A stretch of DNA of 40,112 nucleotides from Eubacteriales bacterium (lineage in GTDB: Bacteria; Bacillota; Clostridia; Oscillospirales; CAG-272), in assembly GCA_045629765.1 (NCBI GenBank), contig JAZQRW010000159.1, positions 1-40,112 of the forward strand. Direction: 5' to 3'. The notes beneath the pieces were generated by a model, which was not told the origin of the DNA, ran no database searches, and was given only the letters and a program-made list of their open reading frames with translations. The position numbers and the translations under genes are program-made. This document shows, piece after piece, positions 1-7,844 of this stretch. How positions within the stretch are numbered: position 1 is the stretch's first letter; every line of letters begins with the position of its first letter.

Positions 1-1573
1 TCATACCCTCGTATACGGGAGTTGCAGGGCCGATAAAGAGTGGGCCTCTGTCCTGAGACTGATAAAGTCCATAGGTGGTAGAGATACCCTTCTCGGATGC
101 GACGAGAGAGGAGGTAAAGCGTGTCTTAATCTCACCTCTAAACTCCTCGTAGCCTGCGAAAATCGTCGAGATAAGTCCCTCACCGCGCGTGTCGGTAAGA
201 AGCTCGCTTCTGTAACCAAAAAGACATCTGGTAGGGATACTGTAAAACAGCTTCTGACGGGTGCCGTGGAGCTGCATATCAACGAGAGTACCCTTTCTCG
301 CGCCAAGCTTCTCCATTACAGAGCCTACGTACATCTCGGGCACGTCGACGATAACGTCCTCGATGGGCTCGTACTTAACGCCGTCAACATCCTTGTAAAG
401 CACGCGTGGGTTGGAGCAACAAAGCTCGTAGCCCTCACGACGCATATTTTCAATAAGAATGGAAAGATGCATCTCACCTCTGCCCGCAACGCGGAAGCTG
501 TCTGTGGTCTCACCGTCGGTAACTCGAAGCGAAACGTCCTTTAAAAGCTCCTTATAGAGTCTTGCACGGAGGTGACGGGAGGTTACGAACTTACCCTCCT
601 TACCTGCAAAGGGAGAATCGTTTACAGAGAATGTCATCTCCATAGTAGGCTCGCCGACCTTAACGAACTCCAGCGGTTCAACACAGCTGGGCGCACATAC
701 GGTGTCTCCGATAGAAATATCCTCACAGCCTGAGAAGCACACGATGTCACCGACCTTAGCCTCGGTAACGGGTATACGCTTCAATCCGTCAAACTGGTAT
801 ATGGAAACTATCTTAGCGGGGCGTGATTTTCCGTCGGGGTTGTGGAAATTGCAGATAGAAACGCCCTGCCCTTGCTTAATCGTACCTCTCTCAACTCTGC
901 CGATACCGATTCTGCCGACGAACTCGTTATAATCAATAGATGAAACAAGAAGCTGAAGAGGCTCATCCTCCTCGCCCTCGGGAGAGGGCATATAGTCAAG
1001 GATTGTATCAAGAAGCGGCTTCAAATCCGTGCCGGGCGTGTATGGATCAAACGACGCCGTGCCCGCTCTGCCCGAGCAGAAAAGAATAGGTGAATCAAGC
1101 TGCTCGTTAGTTGCGTCAAGCTCGATAAGAAGCTCCAAAACCTCGTCGGCAATCTCATCAAGACGCGCGTCGGGACGGTCAATCTTATTAACTACAACTA
1201 TAACTCTGTGATTAAGCGAAAGCGCCTTTTCAAGCACAAATCTGGTCTGCGGCATAGGTCCCTCTGCTGCATCAACGAGCAGAATAACACCGTTTACCAT
1301 CTTAAGAATACGCTCAACCTCGCCGCCAAAGTCAGCGTGGCCGGGGGTGTCGATTACGTTAATCTTAACGTCCTTATAGTGAATAGCCGTGTTCTTTGCT
1401 AAAATCGTGATGCCTCTTTCTCTTTCAAGGTCACCCGAGTCCATAACTCTGTCGGTGGTATCCTGATTCTCACGGTAGATACCGCCCTGACGAAGCATCT
1501 CGTCAACCAATGTAGTCTTACCGTGGTCAACGTGGGCAATGATAGCAATATTTCTAAGATCTGTACGCTTCAT
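1..1573 (-). CDS. typA: Translational GTPase TypA/BipA (C-terminal ~80 aa lie beyond the window edge)
   Basis: Not in the ORF track because it has no stop in the window. Manual translation from the ATG at 1573-1571 gives [27 protein letters not shown]...[18 protein letters not shown]...VVVNKIDRP (G1/G3/G4 motifs). The frame stays open for 524 codons to position 2, ending ...[13 protein letters not shown]. Confidence 0.93.
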   Translation of the reverse strand, partial: MKRTDLRNIAIIAHVDHGKTTLVDEMLRQGGIYRENQDTTDRVMDSGDLERERGITILAKNTAIHYKDVKINVIDTPGHADFGGEVERILKMVNGVILLVDAAEGPMPQTRFVLEKALSLNHRVIVVVNKIDRPDARLDEIADEVLELLIELDATNEQLDSPILFCSGRAGTASFDPYTPGTDLKPLLDTILDYMPSPEGEEDEPLQLLVSSIDYNEFVGRIGIGRVERGTIKQGQGVSICNFHNPDGKSRPAKIVSIYQFDGLKRIPVTEAKVGDIVCFSGCEDISIGDTVCAPSCVEPLEFVKVGEPTMEMTFSVNDSPFAGKEGKFVTSRHLRARLYKELLKDVSLRVTDGETTDSFRVAGRGEMHLSILIENMRREGYELCCSNPRVLYKDVDGVKYEPIEDVIVDVPEMYVGSVMEKLGARKGTLVDMQLHGTRQKLFYSIPTRCLFGYRSELLTDTRGEGLISTIFAGYEEFRGEIKTRFTSSLVASEKGISTTYGLYQSQDRGPLFIGPATPVYEGM

Positions 1574-1615
1574 TTTAAATCCTCATATTTTCACTAATTT
1601 ATTTACCAAAGAGTT

Positions 1616-1644
1616 ATTTTAGCATATTTGAGCAAAAAAAGCAA
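1616..1644 (-). promoter_or_regulatory. Putative sigma-A promoter of typA
   Basis: Minus strand reads TTGCTT (1644-1639), a 17-nt spacer, then TGcTAAAAT with the extended -10 hexamer at 1621-1616. It lies about 45 nt upstream of the typA ATG. Confidence 0.5.
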
Positions 1645-1674
1645 GTATGTTTTGTGTATTTGGTTCGGATTTTT

Positions 1675-1720
1675 GAAACAAAAAAGTTAGGGACTCGCCG
1701 AAAAACACGGAAAGTCCCTA
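1675..1720 (-). terminator. Rho-independent terminator closing the four-gene BNR array
   Basis: An 8-bp stem, TAGGGACT (1688-1695) with AGTCCCTA (1713-1720). On the minus strand it is followed by acTTTTTTgtttc. It sits 7 nt after the stop codon at 1727-1729. Confidence 0.7.
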
Positions 1721-1726
1721 TCACTA

Positions 1727-3148
1727 TCAAATCAAGGCTTTATAATCCTTAATCCTATGGAAAGTAATCATATTATTGTCGTGCTCGTCCTTGAGCTTGC
1801 CCCACGCGGTGCGCGAGACGAAGATAATGTCCTCACCGTCAAAGCAGAACGAGACGTAGCCCACACCGTGCTTATCTATTTCGGTACAGTCAAGCACCTC
1901 GGAAAGCTTGCGCCAATTTCTTAAATCCTCCGAGACGGAAAGGGTTACGAGCGAGCGACGGTTTGAAGGATTATTTGCCGTTCTCTCGTTTGAAAGCAGG
2001 AAATAGAGCCCTGTTGCATCATCCCTTTGAACGAAAAATTTACAGCGCATACCGACAGGTGCGTCAACTCGCCCCACAAGCTCAAGAGGCTCGTCAAAGC
2101 TCTTAAGCTTAAACAAAACGCATGCGTTATTAACACCGATTGAGCCCTCGCGCACCTCGTTTGTCATCGGGTCAAGTCGGAGCATATTATAGATTTGACC
2201 GTCGGGGCCTGCGACCGTGTTGCCCTCAATTGCGACAACGTAATCGGCGGTGCTGTTCTCATTAAGGAATTTATCCTGAGGTACGGTGCCAAAGGGAGTG
2301 TGCTCCCAGCTGTCGATATTAAGTAGGTCGGAGTCCACGCTCGCGGATAAAATCGAATGCTCAAAGCCGTGTTCACCGCGGCAACCCCAAGCGCCAATCT
2401 CAAATCCCGTGTATATTCTGCCGTTATGCTCGATTATCGGCATGGCTCCGCGGTGAAGCTCAGCCTCCTTAGGCTTCTTATCGGTGTACATAAGTGTTAC
2501 AGGCTCACTCCAGGTCTTGCCCTCGTCGTGCGACTCAGAAATAACGAAGTTACCGCTCTCGCCAAAGCAACCGAAAAGGTAAAGTCTACCCTTTACTACA
2601 AACGGTGTTGCCCAGTGCAAAGGATTTATCTCGGTCTGATAGTTCCACGTCTTACCGCCGTCGTGTGAAGCATAAACGAAGCCCATTCCCATTCCGCTAC
2701 CGAAGCCGAAAATGTCGTGCGTGGCAAGAAGAGTTCCCGACGGAAGCCTAACGATAGAGGGAGATGCGGGATATATACCCGCAAAGTCGAAGTAAGTCTC
2801 ATTTGGGTGCATATAGTTGATTACAACACCGGGAGGCGAGCAGGGATTGACAAGGCGCGTGTGACTCTTGGCACTCTTATCATCTCTTTCAATAAATATC
2901 TCGTAGTCCGTGTCGTTTCTAAGTCCGCTAACCGTCACAGTCCTATTGTTAAGTGAGTGTGCTGTATATTCTCCGTCCGACTCGTGCGGCTTACAATAGA
3001 GCGTATGTCCGCCGTTACTGCCGTTGTCAAACCACTCGAGAGTAAACTTCGAGTCGCCCGGGGCAAGACGGCAGATATGAGGGGCGTAATACCTCTCAGG
3101 ATTCTTTCTCGGAACGCAGGGCGAGCTTGCCCATTTTAGCTCTTTCAT
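1727..3148 (-). CDS. BNR/Asp-box repeat, sialidase-fold protein with N-terminal Fn3-like domain (paralog 1, most divergent); no signal peptide
   Basis: 473-aa ORF with RBS aGGTGa. Two canonical Asp-boxes, SHDGGKTW and SHDEGKTW, plus a degenerate SEDLRNW. The first-blade pattern VRLPSGTLLATHD resembles the sialidase RIP...LLAxxD motif. The N-terminus MKELKWASSPCVPRKNPERYY is hydrophilic. Confidence 0.85.
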   Translation of the reverse strand: MKELKWASSPCVPRKNPERYYAPHICRLAPGDSKFTLEWFDNGSNGGHTLYCKPHESDGEYTAHSLNNRTVTVSGLRNDTDYEIFIERDDKSAKSHTRLVNPCSPPGVVINYMHPNETYFDFAGIYPASPSIVRLPSGTLLATHDIFGFGSGMGMGFVYASHDGGKTWNYQTEINPLHWATPFVVKGRLYLFGCFGESGNFVISESHDEGKTWSEPVTLMYTDKKPKEAELHRGAMPIIEHNGRIYTGFEIGAWGCRGEHGFEHSILSASVDSDLLNIDSWEHTPFGTVPQDKFLNENSTADYVVAIEGNTVAGPDGQIYNMLRLDPMTNEVREGSIGVNNACVLFKLKSFDEPLELVGRVDAPVGMRCKFFVQRDDATGLYFLLSNERTANNPSNRRSLVTLSVSEDLRNWRKLSEVLDCTEIDKHGVGYVSFCFDGEDIIFVSRTAWGKLKDEHDNNMITFHRIKDYKALI

Positions 3149-3163
3149 GCTATTTCACCTCAA

Positions 3164-3188
3164 ATATGTAAATAATTGTTGTCAATTA
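3164..3188 (-). repeat. Conserved intercistronic junction motif, copy 1 (ATATGTAAATAATtGTTGTCAATTA on the plus strand)
   Basis: The same 22-25 nt block recurs at 4657-4681 and 6129-6150. Each copy ends on the stop codon (TTA on plus, TAA on minus) of the upstream paralog. Confidence 0.8.
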
Positions 3189-4631
3189 AAGCAAATTTCT
3201 GAAGTTTTTCTCCACGTGGAAGGTCATCATATTGTTATCGTGCTGATCCTTAATCTTACCCCACGCTGTTCTTGAAAGATAGCAAAGGTCATCACCGTCA
3301 AATAAGAATGCGGGCTGGCTGACACAATAACCGGGGGTGTCGGTGCAGTTGATAAGCTCCTTGAGCTTCGTCCAATTCTTCAAATCCTTGGACGCGGAAA
3401 GAGTATAAATGCAACGTCTGTTGCCGTTAGGCTTATCAATTCTGCTACCGTACTGACACTCGTTACCAAGCACGAAGTAGTAGCCACTTGCCTCATCGTA
3501 TCTTACGTAGAACATATTACGAAGTCCTACGCACACGTCAACCGTCTGCACGAACTCAAGCGGCTCGTCAAAGCTCTTGAACTTATAAAGCGCCGCCATA
3601 TTGTTAGGCACGGAGAAATCGGAAACAAGAATATTCTCAGCAATCATATGGTCCATACGAATCATATTATAGAGCTCGCCGTCAGGACCTGTTAGTGGGT
3701 TACCCTCAATAGATACGATATAATCGTACTTAACGCCAGGAATATGAATTTTCTCGGTGGGAACTCTGGTAAAGGGAACGTACTCCCAGCTGTTGATGTC
3801 AAAGAGGTCTGCATCAGCAGGTGCTGAAAGCATTGAGCTCTCAAATCCGCGATCGCTCTTTTCGCACCACGCGCCTGCCTCAAAGGACATAAATATTCTG
3901 CCGTTGTGCTCAATAACAGGGGTCTCGGAGAGCTGGAAGCCGGAGCGATTACATCTCTGATAATAATAGTCGCCTCTTAAAATTTCCTTTGGCTCACTCC
4001 AAGTCTTACCCTCATCGAGCGACTCGGAAATAACTATCATCTCAAGAGAAAATCTACCGATAATATAGAGTCTGCCGCGGTGAACGAATGGCTTACACTC
4101 GCAAATTGGGTGAAGCTCACACTGATACTCCCACGTAGCACCCTTATCTCTTGAGATAAATACGATAGAGAATCCGTACTCGCTCTTACCAAACACGTCG
4201 TGTGTCGCAAGATAGTGACCGGAGGGGAGCTTGATAATATTGGGTGTACCAAGGAAATTACCGGCAAAGTCGTAATAATTATCCTCCGGGTGAATGTAGT
4301 TAATTACTACACCGGGCGCGTCGCTTGTATTAACAAGACGCATACGGCTCTTACCGCTCTTATCATCTCTTTCAATGTACAATTCATAGTCAAGAAGATT
4401 GGTAAGACCTGTAACAGTTACGGTCTTTGCGGTAAGCGGAACTGCTGTCCACTCGTCCTCGCTGTCGCGAAGTCGGTAGTAAAGTGTATGTGCGCCGTCG
4501 TTGCCGTTATCAAGCCACTGCATAGTGAATGCACCGTCGGTGGGCGCAAGGCGGCAAATTGTAGGCTCATAATATCTTTCAGGGTGACGAAGTGGCGCAT
4601 GAGGTGCTGCGCACCAATCTAATGATTTCAT
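3186..4631 (-). CDS. BNR/Asp-box repeat, sialidase-fold protein with N-terminal Fn3-like domain (paralog 2); no signal peptide
   Basis: 481-aa ORF with RBS AGGAGGA. Asp-boxes SRDKGATW and SLDEGKTW, plus a degenerate SKDLKNW. It aligns end to end with its neighbours. Confidence 0.85.
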   Translation of the reverse strand: MKSLDWCAAPHAPLRHPERYYEPTICRLAPTDGAFTMQWLDNGNDGAHTLYYRLRDSEDEWTAVPLTAKTVTVTGLTNLLDYELYIERDDKSGKSRMRLVNTSDAPGVVINYIHPEDNYYDFAGNFLGTPNIIKLPSGHYLATHDVFGKSEYGFSIVFISRDKGATWEYQCELHPICECKPFVHRGRLYIIGRFSLEMIVISESLDEGKTWSEPKEILRGDYYYQRCNRSGFQLSETPVIEHNGRIFMSFEAGAWCEKSDRGFESSMLSAPADADLFDINSWEYVPFTRVPTEKIHIPGVKYDYIVSIEGNPLTGPDGELYNMIRMDHMIAENILVSDFSVPNNMAALYKFKSFDEPLEFVQTVDVCVGLRNMFYVRYDEASGYYFVLGNECQYGSRIDKPNGNRRCIYTLSASKDLKNWTKLKELINCTDTPGYCVSQPAFLFDGDDLCYLSRTAWGKIKDQHDNNMMTFHVEKNFRNLL

Positions 4632-4656
4632 ATCAATCCTCCTTATATTCGGTTTA

Positions 4657-4681
4657 ATATGTAAATAATAGTTGTCAATTA
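4657..4681 (-). repeat. Conserved intercistronic junction motif, copy 2 (ATATGTAAATAATaGTTGTCAATTA)
   Basis: Differs from copy 1 at one central position. Confidence 0.8.
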
Positions 4682-6103
4682 TACAAGATTTCTAAAGTTT
4701 TCTTCCTTATGGAACGTAACGAGATTATTGTCGTGCTGGTCCTTAATTCTTCCCCATGCAGTTCTCGAAGCATAGTAGAGGTCGTCGCCTTCAAAGAAGA
4801 ATGCAGGCTGGCTCACGCAATAGCCCGGGCGGTCGGTACAGTTGATAAGCTCCTTAACCTTACGCCAATTTTTAAGGTCGCGTGAGACGGATAGAGTGTA
4901 AATGCAGCGTCTGTTGCCGATACCTGCAATGCACTCGTTACCGAGGAGGAAATAGTAGCCTGTCTTCTCATCATACCTTACGAAGAACATATTACGAAGT
5001 CCTACGCATACGTCAACAGTCTGTACGAATTCGAGTGGCTCATCAAAGCTCTTGAATTTATAAAGCGCCGCCATATTATTGGGACTTGAGAAGTCGGAGT
5101 TGCAAATATCGTCGGCAATCATATGGTCCATACGAATAAGGTTATAAAGCTCACCGTCAGGAGCAACAAGGGGGTTGCCCTCTATTGACACGATATAGTC
5201 GTACCTGACGTTAGGAATATGGATTTTATCAAGCGCAACCTTAGTAAACGGAACGAACTCCCAGCTATCCTTATCAAGAAGATTCGAGTCAAGGGGGGCT
5301 GACATCATTGAGCTGACAAATGAGTTCTCGTTAGTAAGTGCCCACGCGCCAACCTCAAATGAGAAGAATATTCTATCTTTATATACGGTCGGCGCAGTTT
5401 CGGAAAGCTGTATCATAGAGCGCTGTACGCCGTCGTAATACATATCAGAGCGAATAAGCACTGTAGGCTGTGTCCAGGTCTTACCCTCGTCGAGTGACTC
5501 CATAATACCTATATCTCTGATGTAACCGCCAATCATATAGAGTCTGCCGTTATGTATAAACGGCTTACCCTCGCGGAATGGGTGAAGCTCACACTGGTAC
5601 TCCCAAGTTGCGCCCTTATCCCTTGAGATAAAGACGAATGAGAAGCCGAACTCACTCTTACCGAAAACGTCGCAGGTGGCAAGGAAGTTGCCCGATGGGA
5701 GATTAATGATGTTGGGCGTACCGAGGAAGTTACCCGCAAAATCGTAGTAGTTATCATCCGGGTGAATGTAGTTGATTACGACACCGGGAGCATCACACAG
5801 ATTTATCAGTCGTGTACGGCTCTTACCACTCTTGTCGTCTCTCTCAATATAAAGCTCGTAGTCAACGAGGTTCTCAAGTCCCTCGACCTTAACAGACCTT
5901 GCGTTAAGCGGAAGGCTCATCCACTCGTCCTCACTGCCGCGGAGTCTGTAATAAAGGGTGTGCGCGCCGTCACTGCCGTTGTCAAACCACTCTAAAGAGA
6001 ACGAGCAGTCAGCAGGCGCAAGTCGGCAAATATAAGGCTCATAATATCTTTCGGGGTGTCTTATCGGTGCGTGCGGTGTCGCACCCCATACGTTAGCTTT
6101 CAT
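4679..6103 (-). CDS. BNR/Asp-box repeat, sialidase-fold protein with N-terminal Fn3-like domain (paralog 3); no signal peptide
   Basis: 474-aa ORF with RBS tAGGAGa. Asp-boxes SRDKGATW and SLDEGKTW, plus a degenerate SRDLKNW. Confidence 0.85.
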   Translation of the reverse strand: MKANVWGATPHAPIRHPERYYEPYICRLAPADCSFSLEWFDNGSDGAHTLYYRLRGSEDEWMSLPLNARSVKVEGLENLVDYELYIERDDKSGKSRTRLINLCDAPGVVINYIHPDDNYYDFAGNFLGTPNIINLPSGNFLATCDVFGKSEFGFSFVFISRDKGATWEYQCELHPFREGKPFIHNGRLYMIGGYIRDIGIMESLDEGKTWTQPTVLIRSDMYYDGVQRSMIQLSETAPTVYKDRIFFSFEVGAWALTNENSFVSSMMSAPLDSNLLDKDSWEFVPFTKVALDKIHIPNVRYDYIVSIEGNPLVAPDGELYNLIRMDHMIADDICNSDFSSPNNMAALYKFKSFDEPLEFVQTVDVCVGLRNMFFVRYDEKTGYYFLLGNECIAGIGNRRCIYTLSVSRDLKNWRKVKELINCTDRPGYCVSQPAFFFEGDDLYYASRTAWGRIKDQHDNNLVTFHKEENFRNLV

Positions 6104-6128
6104 ATTTTTCTCCTAAAATACCAAGGTT

Positions 6129-6150
6129 TGTAAATAATCGTTGTCAATTA
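6129..6150 (-). repeat. Conserved intercistronic junction motif, copy 3 (TGTAAATAATcGTTGTCAATTA)
   Basis: 21 of 22 positions are shared by all three copies. The single variable base is the same position (t/a/c) in each copy. Confidence 0.8.
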
Positions 6151-7578
6151 GAGCAGGTTTCTAAAGTTCTTCTCCACGTGGAATGTCATCATATTGTTAT
6201 CGTGCTGATCCTTAACCTTACCCCACGCAGTTCTCGAAAGGTAGCAAAGGTCATCGCCGTCAATAGCAAAGGACGGCTGGCTCACGCAATAGCCGAGGCG
6301 GTCGGAGCAATTGATAAGCTCCTTAAGCTTGCGCCAATTTCTTAAATCGCTCGACACGGAGAGAGTATAGATGCAACGGCGCTTAGGGTCAGCCTCGTAC
6401 GACTCGTTGCCGAGAGTGAAGTAAAGCCCTGTTTTCTCATCACGCATAGTAAAGAACATCTTGCGGAGTCCGACCGGAATATCTACCGTCTGCACGAACT
6501 CAAGCGGCTCGTCAAAGCTCTTAAATCTGTAAAGTGAAGCCATATTATAAGGCACGGAATAATCGGAGTTACAAATATCCTCTGCAATCATATGGTTAAT
6601 TCTAATTAAATTGTAAAGCTCCCCGTCGGGGCCGGAAATCGGGTTGCCCTCGATCTCAAATACATAGTCGCACTTGATTTTATCAAGCTTTGGAAGTATC
6701 TTATCCTGAGGTGCTGTGGTAAGAGGTACGTACTCCCAGTTATCAGCATTGAGCAAGTCTGCATCAGCAGGTGCCGACATCATAGAGCTTTCAAAGCCCC
6801 AAGGCCCGATAAGCGCCCACGCGCCAATTTCAAATGAGAATACAATCCTGCCGTTATGCTCGATAACCGGAGTTTCCGAAAGCTGTACCATAGAGCGATG
6901 AACACCGTTAAAATAGCTGTCGGTGCGGAAGAGGGTGACGGGCTTGCTCCAAGTCTTGCCCTCGTCGAGTGACTCGGTAATACCTATATCCTTAGCAAGT
7001 CCGCCTATCATATACAATCTGCCGTTGTGCACGAATGGCTTACACTCACGGAATGGGTGAAGCTCGCACTGATATTCCCAAGTTGCACCCTTATCCCTTG
7101 AGATAAACACGATACCGAAGCCGTGCTCGCTCTTGCCGAATACGTCGTGAGTAGCAATATAATTGCCTGAGGGAAGTATAAAGATATTAGGCGTGCCAAG
7201 GAAATTACCCGCAAAATCGTAGTAATTATCCTCAGGGTGAATATAGTTTATAACAACGCCGGGGGCATCACATGGATTAACAAGACGTGTGCGACTCCTA
7301 CCGCTCTTATCATTTCTTTCAATATAAAATTCATAGTCAACGAGATTTTGAAGCCCCGTAACGGTCACAGTCCTTGCGATAAGTGGCATTGATGTCCACT
7401 CGTCCTCGCTGCCGCGTAGTCTATAATAAAGGGTGTGTGCGCCGTCATTACCGTTATCAAGCCACTCAAGAGTAAACGAACTGTCTGCAGGCGAAAGACG
7501 GCAGATGTACGGCTCGTAATATCTTTCGGGGTGACGAAGCGGCGCGTGTGGTGTTGCACACCAATTTTGTACTTTCAT
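6148..7578 (-). CDS. BNR/Asp-box repeat, sialidase-fold protein with N-terminal Fn3-like domain (paralog 4, promoter-proximal); no signal peptide
   Basis: 476-aa ORF with RBS GAGGAaa. Asp-boxes SRDKGATW and SLDEGKTW, plus a degenerate SSDLRNW. Confidence 0.85.
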   Translation of the reverse strand: MKVQNWCATPHAPLRHPERYYEPYICRLSPADSSFTLEWLDNGNDGAHTLYYRLRGSEDEWTSMPLIARTVTVTGLQNLVDYEFYIERNDKSGRSRTRLVNPCDAPGVVINYIHPEDNYYDFAGNFLGTPNIFILPSGNYIATHDVFGKSEHGFGIVFISRDKGATWEYQCELHPFRECKPFVHNGRLYMIGGLAKDIGITESLDEGKTWSKPVTLFRTDSYFNGVHRSMVQLSETPVIEHNGRIVFSFEIGAWALIGPWGFESSMMSAPADADLLNADNWEYVPLTTAPQDKILPKLDKIKCDYVFEIEGNPISGPDGELYNLIRINHMIAEDICNSDYSVPYNMASLYRFKSFDEPLEFVQTVDIPVGLRKMFFTMRDEKTGLYFTLGNESYEADPKRRCIYTLSVSSDLRNWRKLKELINCSDRLGYCVSQPSFAIDGDDLCYLSRTAWGKVKDQHDNNMMTFHVEKNFRNLL

Positions 7579-7628
7579 TTGTTTTTCCTCAAACTTTCAT
7601 TCAATTGCGAAGAATACTCGCCACCGCC

Positions 7629-7657
7629 ATAATAACATAACATTTATGTTATGTCAA
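7629..7657 (-). promoter_or_regulatory. Sigma-A promoter of the BNR array with an embedded palindromic operator candidate
   Basis: Minus strand reads TTGACA (7657-7652), a 17-nt spacer, then TATTAT (7634-7629). The spacer holds a perfect inverted repeat, ACATAACAT-tt-ATGTTATGT (7635-7654). The -10 element is about 50 nt upstream of the ATG at 7578. Confidence 0.65.
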
Positions 7658-7749
7658 GGAATTTTACAAAATATCCAAACATTTTTTTGAAGGAATTACA
7701 ATTACGAAGAACAACGCCCGAAAACTCAATATAAAGGGCAAATTATATA

Positions 7750-7812
7750 AAAAAGGACTCCTAACTTTGCAGTGAACTATTTGGGGTTCACTCCAAGCTT
7801 TAAGAGTCCTTT
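7750..7812 (-). terminator. Probable rho-independent terminator after serC
   Basis: Outer stem AAGGACTC (7753-7760) with GAGTCCTT (7804-7811) encloses an inner GTGAAC/GTTCAC hairpin. On the minus strand a T-run follows (plus-strand A-run about 7747-7754). The large loop lowers confidence. Confidence 0.45.
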
Positions 7813-7844
7813 ATTCTGTTACGTGGGGCAATAATTATCGTTTA

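Noticed and set aside
3180-3188. TTGACA hexamers inside the three conserved junction motifs as internal -35 boxes
   Set aside because: No acceptable -10 hexamer lies 16-18 nt downstream in any of the three copies (TGAGGT, AAACCG and similar). Internal promoters are therefore not supported from sequence, though they are not excluded experimentally.
1727-7578. Recent amplification or gene conversion (or an assembly artefact) as the origin of the four BNR paralogs
   Set aside because: The copies differ throughout at the DNA level, and the longest identical runs I could see are about 30 nt. Changes in conserved peptide segments are mostly synonymous, indicating old, selected duplicates.
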